DNA from: Klebsormidium nitens
Lineage: Eukaryota > Plantae > Klebsormidiophyceae
Reading direction: 5' to 3'
Assembly: GCA_000708835.1 (NCBI GenBank)
Contig: DF237513.1
Coordinates: 1-58,155 of the forward strand
Length of the DNA: 58,155 bases
Of this stretch, positions 29,901-41,051 are shown piece by piece. How positions within the stretch are numbered: position 1 is the first letter of the stretch; every line of letters starts with the position of its first letter. A program made the translations under genes and the position numbers. The notes under the pieces are model-generated. The model was not told the origin of the DNA. It made no database searches and saw only the letters and a program-made list of their open reading frames with translations.

Positions 29901-32900
29901 GCTGCTTCCCCCGCTTGTCTTGCTGCTTCCCCTTACTGCTTTGCCGCCCTGCTGCCTGCAGGCACCTGTCGCGGGCGAGCTTCGACCGGCTGGGCAGCGG
30001 GGGCGCTGCAGGGCGGCCCTTCAGCAGCATGCGCAGCCTGAGCGGGCCGCGGCGGTCGGCGCACATGCCCACTCTGTCGCGCGACAGCGGGGACTTATTC
30101 GTGGACACGCCGGGGTCGTCCGTCGAGGACGTGCGCGTCAGCACACCGCTCAGCCACCACCACCACCGGCCGTCCGCAAGTGAGCACCACAGCGGGCAGT
30201 TTGTCGTTGCGCATGCCGCGCTTTGCACTCTGAGTTGCAACAACATCATGATACAGTTGCTTGTACAGCGGGCAAAGAGGTCGAGAAAGCTCCAGAGAAG
30301 TCGGCCGTGGTGCGTGGCTTGTCTCACCTGCTGCCTGTGCGTGCCTGCTGCAGGCGCTGGGCTGCCGGCGGCGCTGTCCCGGGCGGACCTGGCGCTGATC
30401 CTGCTGGCGGAGATTGCGTACGAGAACGACGAGGACTTCCGCGGCCACCTGCCGCTGCTGTTCCACGTGGCGTTCGTGAGCATGGACAGCCGCAGCGCGC
30501 TCGTGCTGGAGCACTGCCAGCAGCTGCTGGTCAACCTGCTCTACTCCCTTGCGGGCCGACACCTCGACCTCTACGAGGCCGCCGGCGGGGACACTGCGGG
30601 CAACCACAAGAACAAGGTGAGGACCGAGACAGACCGCAGCACACTCCGGATCTCACAGGCTGGCACAGGCTGACCACGCTGTGAAGTCTTTGTGGCTCGT
30701 CCCCGGCACTCTGTGAGGAGGGTGATCTTTGTGTTGTCCTCGCCCTTTCCACTTCTCTTGTCCTCTCTGGAGTCAGTCGAGCAGACACTTTGAAATCTCA
30801 TTGTGCACCACAAAGAATGTCTGAACCCCGTCCGTTGGATCATCTGGGCGGTGCGCTAAGTGGGTGTGCGTTCGGTGTGCAGGTGGTGACGCTGATCAAG
30901 TACGTGCAGAGCCGGCAGGGCGCGCGCATGTGGGAGCACGAGGCCATGACGCTGAGCTCGACGGAGCTGCCGAGCGCCATCCTGCTGGGCAGCCTCGTGA
31001 AGTCCGTCGTGGACGCAATCTTCTTCCAGGTGATTGGCCCCCGCCCCACCGCAACCACAGCACGCCTGCATGCCGGCGCATTGGCCGCAGCCCTAGTTTT
31101 CGGCCTGGCCGTCTGACAAGGACTGCGCTCCAGAAGGAATGCTGCTGATAATCTCAGTGGCTGGCGAAACGTCAGGAGGCACTTGCAGGCATGATTACTG
31201 TGAGTCCCGACTCCCTTTTCTAGGACCATCTATGAGTTTGCTCGCTGTGTTGCTGGGGTGCAGGGCGACCTGCGCGAGCTGTGGGGCGCGGAGGCGCTCA
31301 AGTGGGCGCAGGAGTGCGCGAGCCGGCACCTGGCGTGCCGCAGCCACCAGATCTACCGCAGCCTGCGGCCGCCCGTGAGCAGCGACACGTGCGTCAGCCT
31401 GCTGCGCTGCCTGCACAAGTGCTTCGCGCACCCGACCACGCCCGTCCTCGGCTTCGTCATGGAGGTCCTCCTCACGCTGCAGGTCAGCAGCGGGCCTCAA
31501 AACCTGTGCTCGTGTATCAGGTTCACGAGAAAGATGAGCACACTGCGGGCGTCGTGCATCATCATTCCGGCCCGCTCCTCGCTCTACACGTGAACAGCGG
31601 TCCTCTTGGGACCAGACACCACTCGAGCTTCAGCATTGCATGGGGCGGTGGGACTACCTTGATTAAATCCTGTTTTGAGCGTTTAGACGATCTGGGCGGC
31701 TGTCTGCGGCAGCAGCCGTCCTCCTGTGAGACCGCTGCTAACCCCAACCTTGATGCTGCGCAGGTGATGATTGCGAGCATGGCCCCCGAGAAGCTGATCC
31801 TGTACCCGCAACTGTTTTGGGGCTGCGTCGCGCTGCTGCACTCGGACCTGGTGCCCATTTACACGGCCGCGCTGCGCCTGCTGACCGCCGTCATGGATCG
31901 CCTCGCCGTGCACGACCGCACCGCGCAGACCGTCCTCCTCTCCAGCCGCCCCACCCCCGACCCTGCGCCCGCCTTTTCGGGCGCCGTGCCCCCTCTGACC
32001 CCCACCGCTGTGCCAAACGGATCGTCCACCGCCGATGCCCCCGTCGCCGTAGAAGGTCTGCCTCCGGCCGGGAAAAAACCCGCCTCGCCCGCGTTAAACA
32101 AGGCCTCGTCTGAGAGCTTGAGCACGGAGGCGAGCTTCGTGTCGGCGTCCAACGCGAGCGTGGGCCTGGTGCGCGGCGCCAGCGGCAACCTGGGGGCCAG
32201 CAACCGGAGCCTGCCCACCCTGGCCGACGTCGTAATGGAAGACACCGCGCCGCCCAACCCCGAGACGGCTCCCGCGGCGCCCCCTCCCGCAGCCCTGTTT
32301 AACGACATGCAGCCGCTGATCCTGAAGGGCCTGCTGTCGCCCGTGAGCCATGCCGCAGCGGTCGCCGCGCTGAGCCGCATCACGTTGCTGCCGGGGGACG
32401 CCATCTTTGGTCCAGCGGCGACGCGGCTGCCCATGCACATCACGGGCCAGCTCCCTTGGCTCTGCCTGCACGTGCGCAGCGCCCCCCCCGCCGGCCCCGC
32501 GCCCCTTACCGAGGTCCAGCCGGGTTCGCCGTCTGCCTGGGGCGACGCCTCGCCTGGCGGAGGCTGGGGGGCAACCGGCAGACCGGGCGTCTCTTCGGGG
32601 GCAGGCGAAGAACCAGAGCCGCGGAGTGTGGCGAGCCACCTGGCGCAGGCGTGCCGGGAGCAGGGCCTGACTGACCTGGCCAGCGTGTTTGGCGCGTACG
32701 CGGAAGGGGGCTACACATCCGCGGAGCAGCTGGTCACCCAGGTGGGCATGCGCACCGGCGCGTCCCTGAGCGGTCTTTCAGGGTGTCCGCCCTGTCAGCA
32801 CAGCACCTCGCATACTGGACATTGAGTCAGCTCGTATCTGGTCTCCCCGCGTGGATCCCTAAGTTGCTTCGATGAATCGATTCTACGAGGCAAACCAGCC

Positions 32901-33588
32901 TGTTGATTGCACCGTGTCCTCGCGCCGCCGCCCTTTTCGAGCAGGCCCTCAGTCTAGCCCCTCTTTCTGTGTGCGCCAGGTGGCCCCCCTGGTGGGCGCC
33001 GCCTTCTTCCCCCGCCACGCCGGCCCCGCGTTCGTGCACCTGCTGCGGCTGCTGGAGCGCGGCCCCGCCGAGTACCAGCTCGTGGTGCTACTGCTGCTCC
33101 GCGCGCTGCTCGCACTGGGGCCCCCGGCCGCCGGCCAGGGCAGCTCCGTGTACCGCGCCGTGTCGCGCCTCGTGGAAGGGCCCCTGTGCGGGCCGGCGCT
33201 GGCCGTGCTGGAGGCGGCGCTGGTGAGCACGAGCGGCGAGCGCGTCCTCCTGCACGCCTCCTCCGACGGCCTGCACAGCGCCGCCTCGCTGGGCAAAGCC
33301 CGGGGCGCGCAAGCGCACAACTTCCCGTCGCCGTCGCGGGGGTGGCAGTTCAGCAGCATGGGGGAGGGGATGGGCGAGAGAGAGGCCGCAGGGGGTTGGG
33401 GGTCGAGCGGGACGGAAGCGCTGCCAAGCCGGGAGGAGGCCCTGCAGAACACGACGCAGGCGCTGGGGCTGGTGCTCAAAACGTACGGGCCCAGCCGGCG
33501 ACGCGACGAGCGGCGGCTGATCCCGTTTGTGACGGCCGGGGGAATTGTGCCGGGCAGCCCCGCCAGCAGGGCCGCGAATTGGACGTGA
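20919..33588 (+). CDS. MOR2/PAG1/TAO3/Furry-like ARM-repeat cell morphogenesis scaffold; 24 exons, ~2296 aa
   Basis: Exons run from 20919-20930 to 32980-33588 and sum to 6891 nt (in frame). N-terminus LIVQSLLQRFLPLARRRIDTAQAQDGEYLRASDPAYEQIMDSLAMVARHTPTPLLEALL, plus LAVECIFCS, VEYPSLVELRALLLDLVAQLLGALS and GDLRELWGAEALKWAQECASRHLACRSHQIYR, match plant Furry/MOR2 homologues as I recall them. Confidence 0.93.
21151..21578 (+). other. Non-canonical GC-AG intron (MOR2 intron 2)
   Basis: CAG|GCGAGC donor. Read-through hits an in-frame TAG before any GT. The junction restores the conserved TAQAQ|DGEYL. Confidence 0.85.
22790..23473 (+). other. Non-canonical GC-AG intron (MOR2 intron 7)
   Basis: AG|GCAAGC donor, phase 2. 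Joins ALSGK-R|FGSASSRLF, matching the conserved ALSRIR-FSSVTERF alignment. Confidence 0.85.
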
Positions 33589-35201
33589 CCGGGACAATTG
33601 AAGTCACCGCACAGCTACGATAAACTGCTTACGAGCCTGGCTGGCCGCTGCATGAATTGTTCGGAAAAGATGTCGCAGGAAACCGCTTTGCCTAGGGGAT
33701 GGCAGACCTGCTACTTATTTCCGCATCGGGCCAGACTATAGGGTCAGGATATGAGATACTTATACAGATTCAGCGCAAGAAGCGGCACGGGGTGGCCGAC
33801 CCACAGGTGAGAAGCAGGGGTGACTCAGCAAGCCTTCGGCATAGGAGCTGTTGAAGCCGCTTCGAAGAGGAGTGCTCTGGAGTTTTTACTACGACGCTCC
33901 TGTCGCTTGCAGCTCGCTTTGCAGACTCTGTCCTTGTCTGAAGCAGTCCATTCCGGCTCTGACTTGTTCGTGTGCTTTCCTACAGGCTACCTACAGTCCT
34001 TCACTCCGAGATCAGAAGACCCGTTAAGAAGTCTCAAATCGATTGAGCTTTTTGAAGTGAATACAGTTGCACGCAGATTATCAGCTCTGTATACAATACA
34101 CCGTCAAGTAGATGGTCACAGTCGAGGATAGGTCAGGTATTTGTGCGCAGTGACGTTATAGGGGTAGCTTGCTAAAGTTGGCCTCTTGTTCGGACGAGGG
34201 GAGCTTCTTCAGCGGGAAGCCCGCTCGTGCCAAGTACTCTTAAGGAGCTGCTTGGCACCGCTATGAGATTGGAAAAATTGGTGATTGCATTGCGTTATGC
34301 ATGTGATCTGTCCAACACAGCGGTGCTACTGCGAGTTGCTGACTCTCCGCCACCTGTACATTATACAAATGTTGCACACTAGTTCCAACGGTTCAAGTTC
34401 ATGAAATTTCCGTGCCACAATGTATACCATTGATAGCTAGCGGACCGTACGCTTATGATCATAATGTCAAGGCGCAGTTCTGCTTCAGATCTCATGGCAC
34501 AGATCTGCTCTACTTCTGTCACAGTGTCGAAGTGCAAATCTGCTCATGATATCGATTCATGTGGGTCCAAAAACATGGGTGAGAGCTTCTAAAGGGGTCG
34601 CATGCCAGGTACTACCCTCCGGCGCAAAAGTACCCCGTCCAGAATCTCAACCAATGGCCAATTTGGCAAGGAATCCAGGCTTCCGATCGTTCGACAACAG
34701 CGCAGGAGGGGGGAACCTTCCGTGCAAGACACGGGCTCAGGCCATGCCGGGCGGGCATGCTTTTTACTGAGGTCGACCAAATGCATATTAGCGCAGTCGT
34801 GGTGTCTCCACCTGATGACCCTACCGAGCTGGTATGCTCAAACTGTATACCCCAAATTGACATACTAGTCAGATCATGCTCGGAAATTGCTGCCTAAAAA
34901 CCTCGACGCGGGCATGCATTCTGCCCTGCTGCATGCTCCGTTTGCCGCAGCTTCATGCAGACGTGTGGGCCGTCCAAATGCAATGATAGGCAGGCGCAAA
35001 GCAATGCAAGCCAGGCCAAAGCTCGGAACTGATTGGGACATCGATGATCACCTCCAAATTCAGTCTTGATCTTGCTTGTTTGCACCTATGCGGTAGTAGA
35101 TTCCAAAAGCACTTCGTCACGGTGCTAGATGAAAGATTAAGGGAGCCGACTAAAGTATGGAAATAACCTCTTCAAAGAGTACTGAATGGCAACCCCGGGG
35201 C

Positions 35202-38164
35202 TCATGAACTTTGGCTACTCAGCAATTGCGCCAGCACATCGTCTGGCTGCTTCGTTTCCTCGACTTGCGCTCCAGCCCCGACCTTGGATTGCACGCTGGC
35301 AAGTGGGCGGGGCGCCAGCAGTTCGTGGAGCAGGATGCCGGCTGCCACGCTCACATTCAATGAATCTACCACCACATCCCCGCGCCTGTCAGCCAGTCGC
35401 TCGTGGATTCCTTCGTCGTCGCTCCCATCGCCGTCGTCATCACCCTCGCCTTGAACTACGTCGACCTCATCTCTATCGTTCTGAACGGAAGCATCTAGGA
35501 TGGGAAAGGCCGTGCCCTTGCCGGCTATCCGAACGAACCCAGAACATGCTCGACGAACGTTCGTCCGAAGGCCAACGCCCTGCACAAGGAACGGAAGGAG
35601 CTGAGCTGGACGACATTTTTGCCGTTCAGGCCGGTCGTCAGGAATCCCATCATGAGCGCATTGCTTGCCCTCCCACTTCACGAAGTGAAATCGAGTGTCT
35701 GGTAAGTGTCCAGTGGGCCTCCTCGCTTCATCAAACTTCCTCCGACAGCGACTTTTTCAGGTCGGCACCGGGGTAGAGAGCAGTGTGTGTCCTCACCTCG
35801 TTGCCTAGCACAATAATGGAGGGGACCCCTTTGGGCAGTTCCGTGATAAGTGGCGCATCTGGGTCTGCGCTGGCCCCCAGCACCCGCCAGCCGTCCTGCA
35901 CCGCCAGCTCGAGAGTGGTGGGCATGTTGTCGCAGCTGAACACCTCCAGCGCCTCCGCGGCGCCCGCGCTCGCCTTGCTCACCACCGCCCTGAACAATTA
36001 AACACATGGCCTCCACCGTTTACTCCTTGCAATGCTTATCACGTGACAATAATGCAGAGGGGGGCCGCCCGACCACCATGGGCGGAAGAGGGGCCAGCCG
36101 TGAGCTAATCCTACCTGAGTTTTATCACAACCTGTCTCACTATGGTTTGCCACACGGATTTTTTTTGAATATTGGCATGCAATCGCGACCCCCCAATCTC
36201 GACTTCCCAACTTCAGTGTTCATTGCCAGGCTGTGTCTCCGCGGCACGAGCTTACGTGAGTGGCGAGGAGTTCCTGGCGCACGTGAGCACGCCGGCGGCC
36301 CCGAGGAAGTAGGCGGACCGCAGCACCGCGCCAAAGTTCTGGGGATCCACCACCTCGTCCAGCGCCACCCACACGGGGGCAGCCGCTGAGGGGGCCGCCT
36401 CGGCTGGCGGGGGGGGCAGCTCGTCCAGCCCAGTGAAGCCAAGGGGGGCAGCGTCGAGAACCAGCCCCTGAAAATGCAGGAACAATCGCATGAGCATGTG
36501 GTACAAGGATGCAGCAGAGCTCTGCACCTTGGGCCGCTAGCTTGGGAAGCTGGACACGGCATGCGGGGTGGCAAACATCAAAAGACAGCGTTGGCGCCAC
36601 GCAAACGAGCCACTTGCAAAGCCTGCAATTATTATACTGAAGTCTGCCCGAATCACATGCTGGCGAAGGCGCTGCACTGCCAGGGGCCGGGCGGGAGGCG
36701 CGCACCTGATGGGGCCGGTTGTCTGCCAATAGGTTGAGCGTGTGCTTTGACGCCTCTCGGAGCGCCGCGCCCGCTGCCTGAGCCTCCTGTTTGATGCGTT
36801 CAACCGCGGCCTTGTCGCCCTTCTTGCGCGGCCGCAGGTTCTCCTGGACAACACCAAAAAAAGTGCGCCACAATCAGTTGAAGTGGAAACATGTTAACTT
36901 GCCAGCCATACAGAACGGGGTATTAATCAGGGCTTCAGCTTTACAACGCTCGGTCTCCACGTTCCAACTAAAAGCGTTGCCCTGTGACTGTGCACTGGAC
37001 AGCCCAGCCCAGTGTTGTGTGTCTGTGTCTGACCTGCACATACAGCGTGAACAGCTCGCGCCTGCCCGCGCGGATGGCCGCATGCACTGGCGCAACCCCA
37101 TACAGCACCTCGCCGCTCAGCTCAATGCCCCCCCGCACTAGAGGACCCACTTCCTCCTCCTCCCCAGGGCGCCCCCGCCCCCTGCGGTAGTCCTGCCTGC
37201 CCCATTCATTCTCACCGCCCCAAGCCTGCCGCTCTGGCTCTGCGTACTGCCCCTGGCTTCTGCTCGCCGCACCACCACCACCACCGCTGACGTCCCTCCT
37301 GCTACTCGCAGACCGCTGCTCCCCGCCCCTCCTCCCTCGCTCGTTGTACTTACTGATTCCTGGCCTCATCCTGTCTCTGCCCCCTTGCTGCCCCGCTGGC
37401 CTCCTTCCGTACTGGTTGCCACCACCACCACCACCACCATCAGCATCGTCCCACATTGGAGCCCCTGGCTCACTGGCAAAGTCTCGCCTCTGCCTCGTGT
37501 ACCCCTCCTCTGCCATGTAATCCTCCATTTCCTCCTGCCCTTGCTTGCCTGCCGGCCTCCTCCTCTCAACCTTGTCCAGGTACTCGCCCCATTCTCCATC
37601 CCACTCTGCCGTCTGTGAGCGCCGCCTGGCACCACCTCCACGTGAGTCGCTGCTACGATTGTATGACGTGCTGGCCCTGCCCCCCGTACGATCGCTGGGC
37701 CCCGGCGCGGTCTCCCGGTCGTCCACTTGTCCCCATTCGTCAATGTACTCTTTGCGTGGTGGTCGCGAACCTGTATTCAGGTCTTTCTCTGCCCCATATG
37801 TTCTAAAAGAACGAGCACCACCGTCAGCATTCCAGTCATTGTTGGTCCGTCTGGTTGGACGTTCAGAGTAAGCACCACTACGACCGTTATCATTCCAACC
37901 GCCGCCAGCCCCTCTGCGCTGATCCTGCCCCTGCTGCTCGTTTTCCTGCGGATCAGCATCCTCCAACCACAAGCTCTTCCCGGCCCCCCGTGCTCCGCTG
38001 CCACTCTTGCTTCCCAGTGTCCTCCGGACTGTCCAGCTTGAAGACCCAATTGGAAGAACCTGCGGCAATTGCAAAAAGGGCACCCGCTTCAGAATGCTTC
38101 TTTCTGCAGTCTGAGCGGCCAAAGGCGCCATGTGCCATGACTTCCGTACAGCACAACTCCACAT
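35202..38164 (-). CDS. SpoU/TrmH-family (RlmB/MRM1-like) rRNA 2'-O-methyltransferase with long low-complexity N-terminus; 5 exons, ~683 aa
   Basis: Exons 38164-37034, 36843-36706, 36467-36256, 35989-35797, 35579-35202 (2052 nt). Motifs: RPHQGLVLD, VALDEVVDPQNFGAVLRSAYFLG, VSKASAGAAE, VLGNEGVGL, DSLNVSVAAGILL. Start could be 38131 or 38359. Confidence 0.92.
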
Positions 38165-38961
38165 GGTACAGACTAGCACTTCTGCAATGGCGCTGCGGTG
38201 GTTGCAAGTCGCGGACGTTTGAGGAGCAGAGACTTCCCTCCTGAAGCCTGTGAAGGTGCCAGACACAAGGAAACCTTCAGACTTCAGTCTCCAGAATAGG
38301 GAGCCAGGCGCTGCCACACTGACAGTGCCACAGTCCACTGCCACTTGCTGCCACCCCATGTTAAAGGCCCAGGGTTCCGTTGTTTTCGGAAAGCAGTACC
38401 AATGTGCCGCGATCAGTATGTAATTGCACTTAGTCTATTGTATCAAGGTTTAATCTAAACTTTACAACGACAGCCAGGGGGTAGAACCCGGCGAATGTGG
38501 CCGCGAGGGTGGCCGCAGTGCAACGTGACTTCCCTTTTTCGTGGAATGTAGGAAGTTGGGACCTGGCTGACCGGTATCAGGCCTACCGGGCAAGGAATTG
38601 TTTTGCCGGGCGCAATCGACGCAACCCGGTACCATCAGCCATTGGTCTGCAATTTAAGGTTAAACAGCTCTTGTTCGACGCCAAACCTTCGATGTTCGCC
38701 GAACTCGTTGGGTAACCTATAAGTACATGTACCAATTTGAAGGACCGAAATAAGAAAGAAATTGATTGGCCAGCGTGCATTGCTGTTGGATGCACGTGTC
38801 AAAGTCACTGTGGAATCTGAGAGGAAGTAGGGGATTCCGAAAACTTTTCGGAAAAGGAGGGGAAGCGCATTACGGTACGATCAGGTAGGCGCATCCAATA
38901 TTGCTGGGCGCTTATTTTCTTCTTTGCCTGAGCGGCTCAGGCAGCTTTACTGTCTGCAAGG
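38165..38961. promoter_or_regulatory. Divergent promoter region SpoU/ATPD
   Basis: About 800 bp between opposing starts. Contains AAAGGCCCA (38363-38371), GTGGCCGC twice (38497, 38509) and G-box CACGTG (38793-38798). Confidence 0.5.
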
Positions 38962-39795
38962 ATGAAGGCTGTCGCTCAGACCGCGGCCCGGGGGCTTCGC
39001 ATCCCTGCAGGATGCTCTGTCTTGGGGAGCGCATGTTCTCAGCAGCAACAGGGTCGGACTCCGCCGGTAATGGCACGGCAGAGCAGACTGTCATTCACAA
39101 CGGCCGCAAGCAACGTGGCTGCTTGCTACATGGGTAGCAGGCTGCGTGGGGTATCTGCATTGAGGCAAGGGAGGCGACCAGCACGAGGAGTGGTGGTCAT
39201 GGGAGTGCAGGAGCAGGTAGCCAAGGGCTACGCCAAGGCGCTCATGGAGCTTGCTCAGAGCAAGGGGGCTGCAGATGCAATTGCTGCTGACATGGAGAAA
39301 TTGGAGGCCCTAGTTGAGAACCCGGATGTTGTGAACTTCCTGTATAATCCCGTCGCGGATGTCTCCAAGAAGCGGCAGCTAATTGGGACATTGGGCAAGG
39401 ATGGTGGCTTCAGCAAGTACACCGTGAACTTCCTCAACCTCCTCGTTGAGAAGAAGCGCATTAATGCTGTGGGGTCTGTCATCAAAGCCTTCCAGGATCT
39501 GTACAATGACATGACGCAGACCCAAGTTGCGACCGTTGTGTCAGCGATCAAGCTCGAGAATGAGCAGCAGGCCCTCATTGCAAAGAAGTTGCAGACATTA
39601 ACCGGCGCCAAGAACATCAAGTTGAAGAATGAGGTGGATCCGGAGCTGATTGCTGGGTTTGTGCTGAAGTATGGCAAGGGGCAGTCGGAAGAGATTGACT
39701 TCAGCGTCAAAGGGCAGCTAGACAGGTTGAGACTCGAGTTTGAGAGCGGGTTGGGAGCAGCAGCAGAAGAGGCGGAGGAAAAGGTTGCAGCATAG
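38962..39795 (+). CDS. ATPD: Chloroplast ATP synthase CF1 delta subunit, apparently intronless, 277 aa
   Basis: Single ORF: transit-like N-terminus, then AKGYAKALMELAQ, FLYNPV, TVNFLNLLVEKKRI, IAKKLQTLTGAKNIKLKNEVDPELIAGFVLKYG, IDFSVKGQL. Confidence 0.95.
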   Translation: MKAVAQTAARGLRIPAGCSVLGSACSQQQQGRTPPVMARQSRLSFTTAASNVAACYMGSRLRGVSALRQGRRPARGVVVMGVQEQVAKGYAKALMELAQSKGAADAIAADMEKLEALVENPDVVNFLYNPVADVSKKRQLIGTLGKDGGFSKYTVNFLNLLVEKKRINAVGSVIKAFQDLYNDMTQTQVATVVSAIKLENEQQALIAKKLQTLTGAKNIKLKNEVDPELIAGFVLKYGKGQSEEIDFSVKGQLDRLRLEFESGLGAAAEEAEEKVAA

Positions 39796-41051
39796 TTACC
39801 TGCGCGAAGACAACAGCAATTCTCCGAGCTTACTAAATTTTGCAGTATGTCTCACTTGGAGGCACTGATGAGTTGATCAAGCAACCCCTGTGGGCTGCAG
39901 TTTTTGCGCAGCTTCTTTTGAACAAGGGTTCTTGCAGACAGGATGAGTTGGCATTGCTGCCAAGGACGAGAGTGTGTGCTCGATTTCACTGTGCGCACAG
40001 TCTCATAAAAGGCATTGTTCCTAAGGGTTCCAACGTGTGAAGAGATTTCGAATGTATATGGGCTCAGAGTGCTGGCTCAAGAGGGCTAGCCAACGCTGTC
40101 TGTGATTCCTCCGGTAGACAGTTTGCCCACAAGTCTGATTTGGCAGCATAATAACTTTGCATGGTTGCCTGAACACCATGTGCGACATGTTCAAGGAATT
40201 ACATCTGTAGTTTGAGGTTCGCACAGATCTGCTGTCATTAGCACCCCGGGCCTTGTGAATTATCCTTACATCTTTAGCATTTTTGCTCAGGAATCTGCCA
40301 TCTCGTGAAGTGTAGGTTTGTAGGACTTTGATCAAGATGACTTGCCGCTGTATAGCAAGCTGCACAGTCAGCTCATTGTGCCCCGGTCTCACCATTGCGT
40401 TGCCCAATGGCTCATGTGAGTTGGCGTGCATATATCAGATTGCAAGCATGACAATATGCAGGGTTTAGGATACACCATGATAGAAATGACAAGGGGTGAC
40501 CGTTTTGCTAAGACAAAGGCCCGAAAGCTTTCTCGCAAAACTATGGCTACATGGATCAATATGCCATGGAAGCCTACGGCCCATGTGGCTACGGCTTTTG
40601 AAAAGAGAACATCAGTCCGCGCGGAACTAGGAACAAAATCAGTGACATAGCCACTCGAACCTAGATTGTACAAATGCCCCACACATGATCCTGTCACATC
40701 TCACATCGCATGCAGTCAGGTAACGAAGTAAGGCATAGCCTGTGGTCGGATTGAAGCGTGGCAGATCAAAGGCGTACGCATGATCGGTGAAGGGAATAAT
40801 ACGACCATCTTCACATATAAGCCATTGATCGCTTGTGCCACATATTGTTCTTGTGCTTCAAGCCCCACTCTCAATTATTCGCTTTAGTTGCAAATTGTGT
40901 GCAGACAAATTGATTGCCACAATGTACCAAGCTTAAAGTAGGTAGAGGTGAGAGAAGCATGCCCGAAGGATATGTAAGAGTGGCAAAGCTGCTCTTCAAA
41001 GCCGGAAGAGACTCCACGATCAATAGAGCAACCTACTCGTGCCAAGTAACA

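Noticed and set aside
23777-33623. Many long antisense or alternate-frame ORFs over MOR2 (likewise over gyrB, ARC3 and CHK)
   Set aside because: Shadow ORFs expected from near-100% GC3, where stops are rare; Arg/Ala/Pro-rich with no motifs.
37420-37440. (ACC)n microsatellite
   Set aside because: Simply encodes the poly-Gly tract of the SpoU N-terminus.
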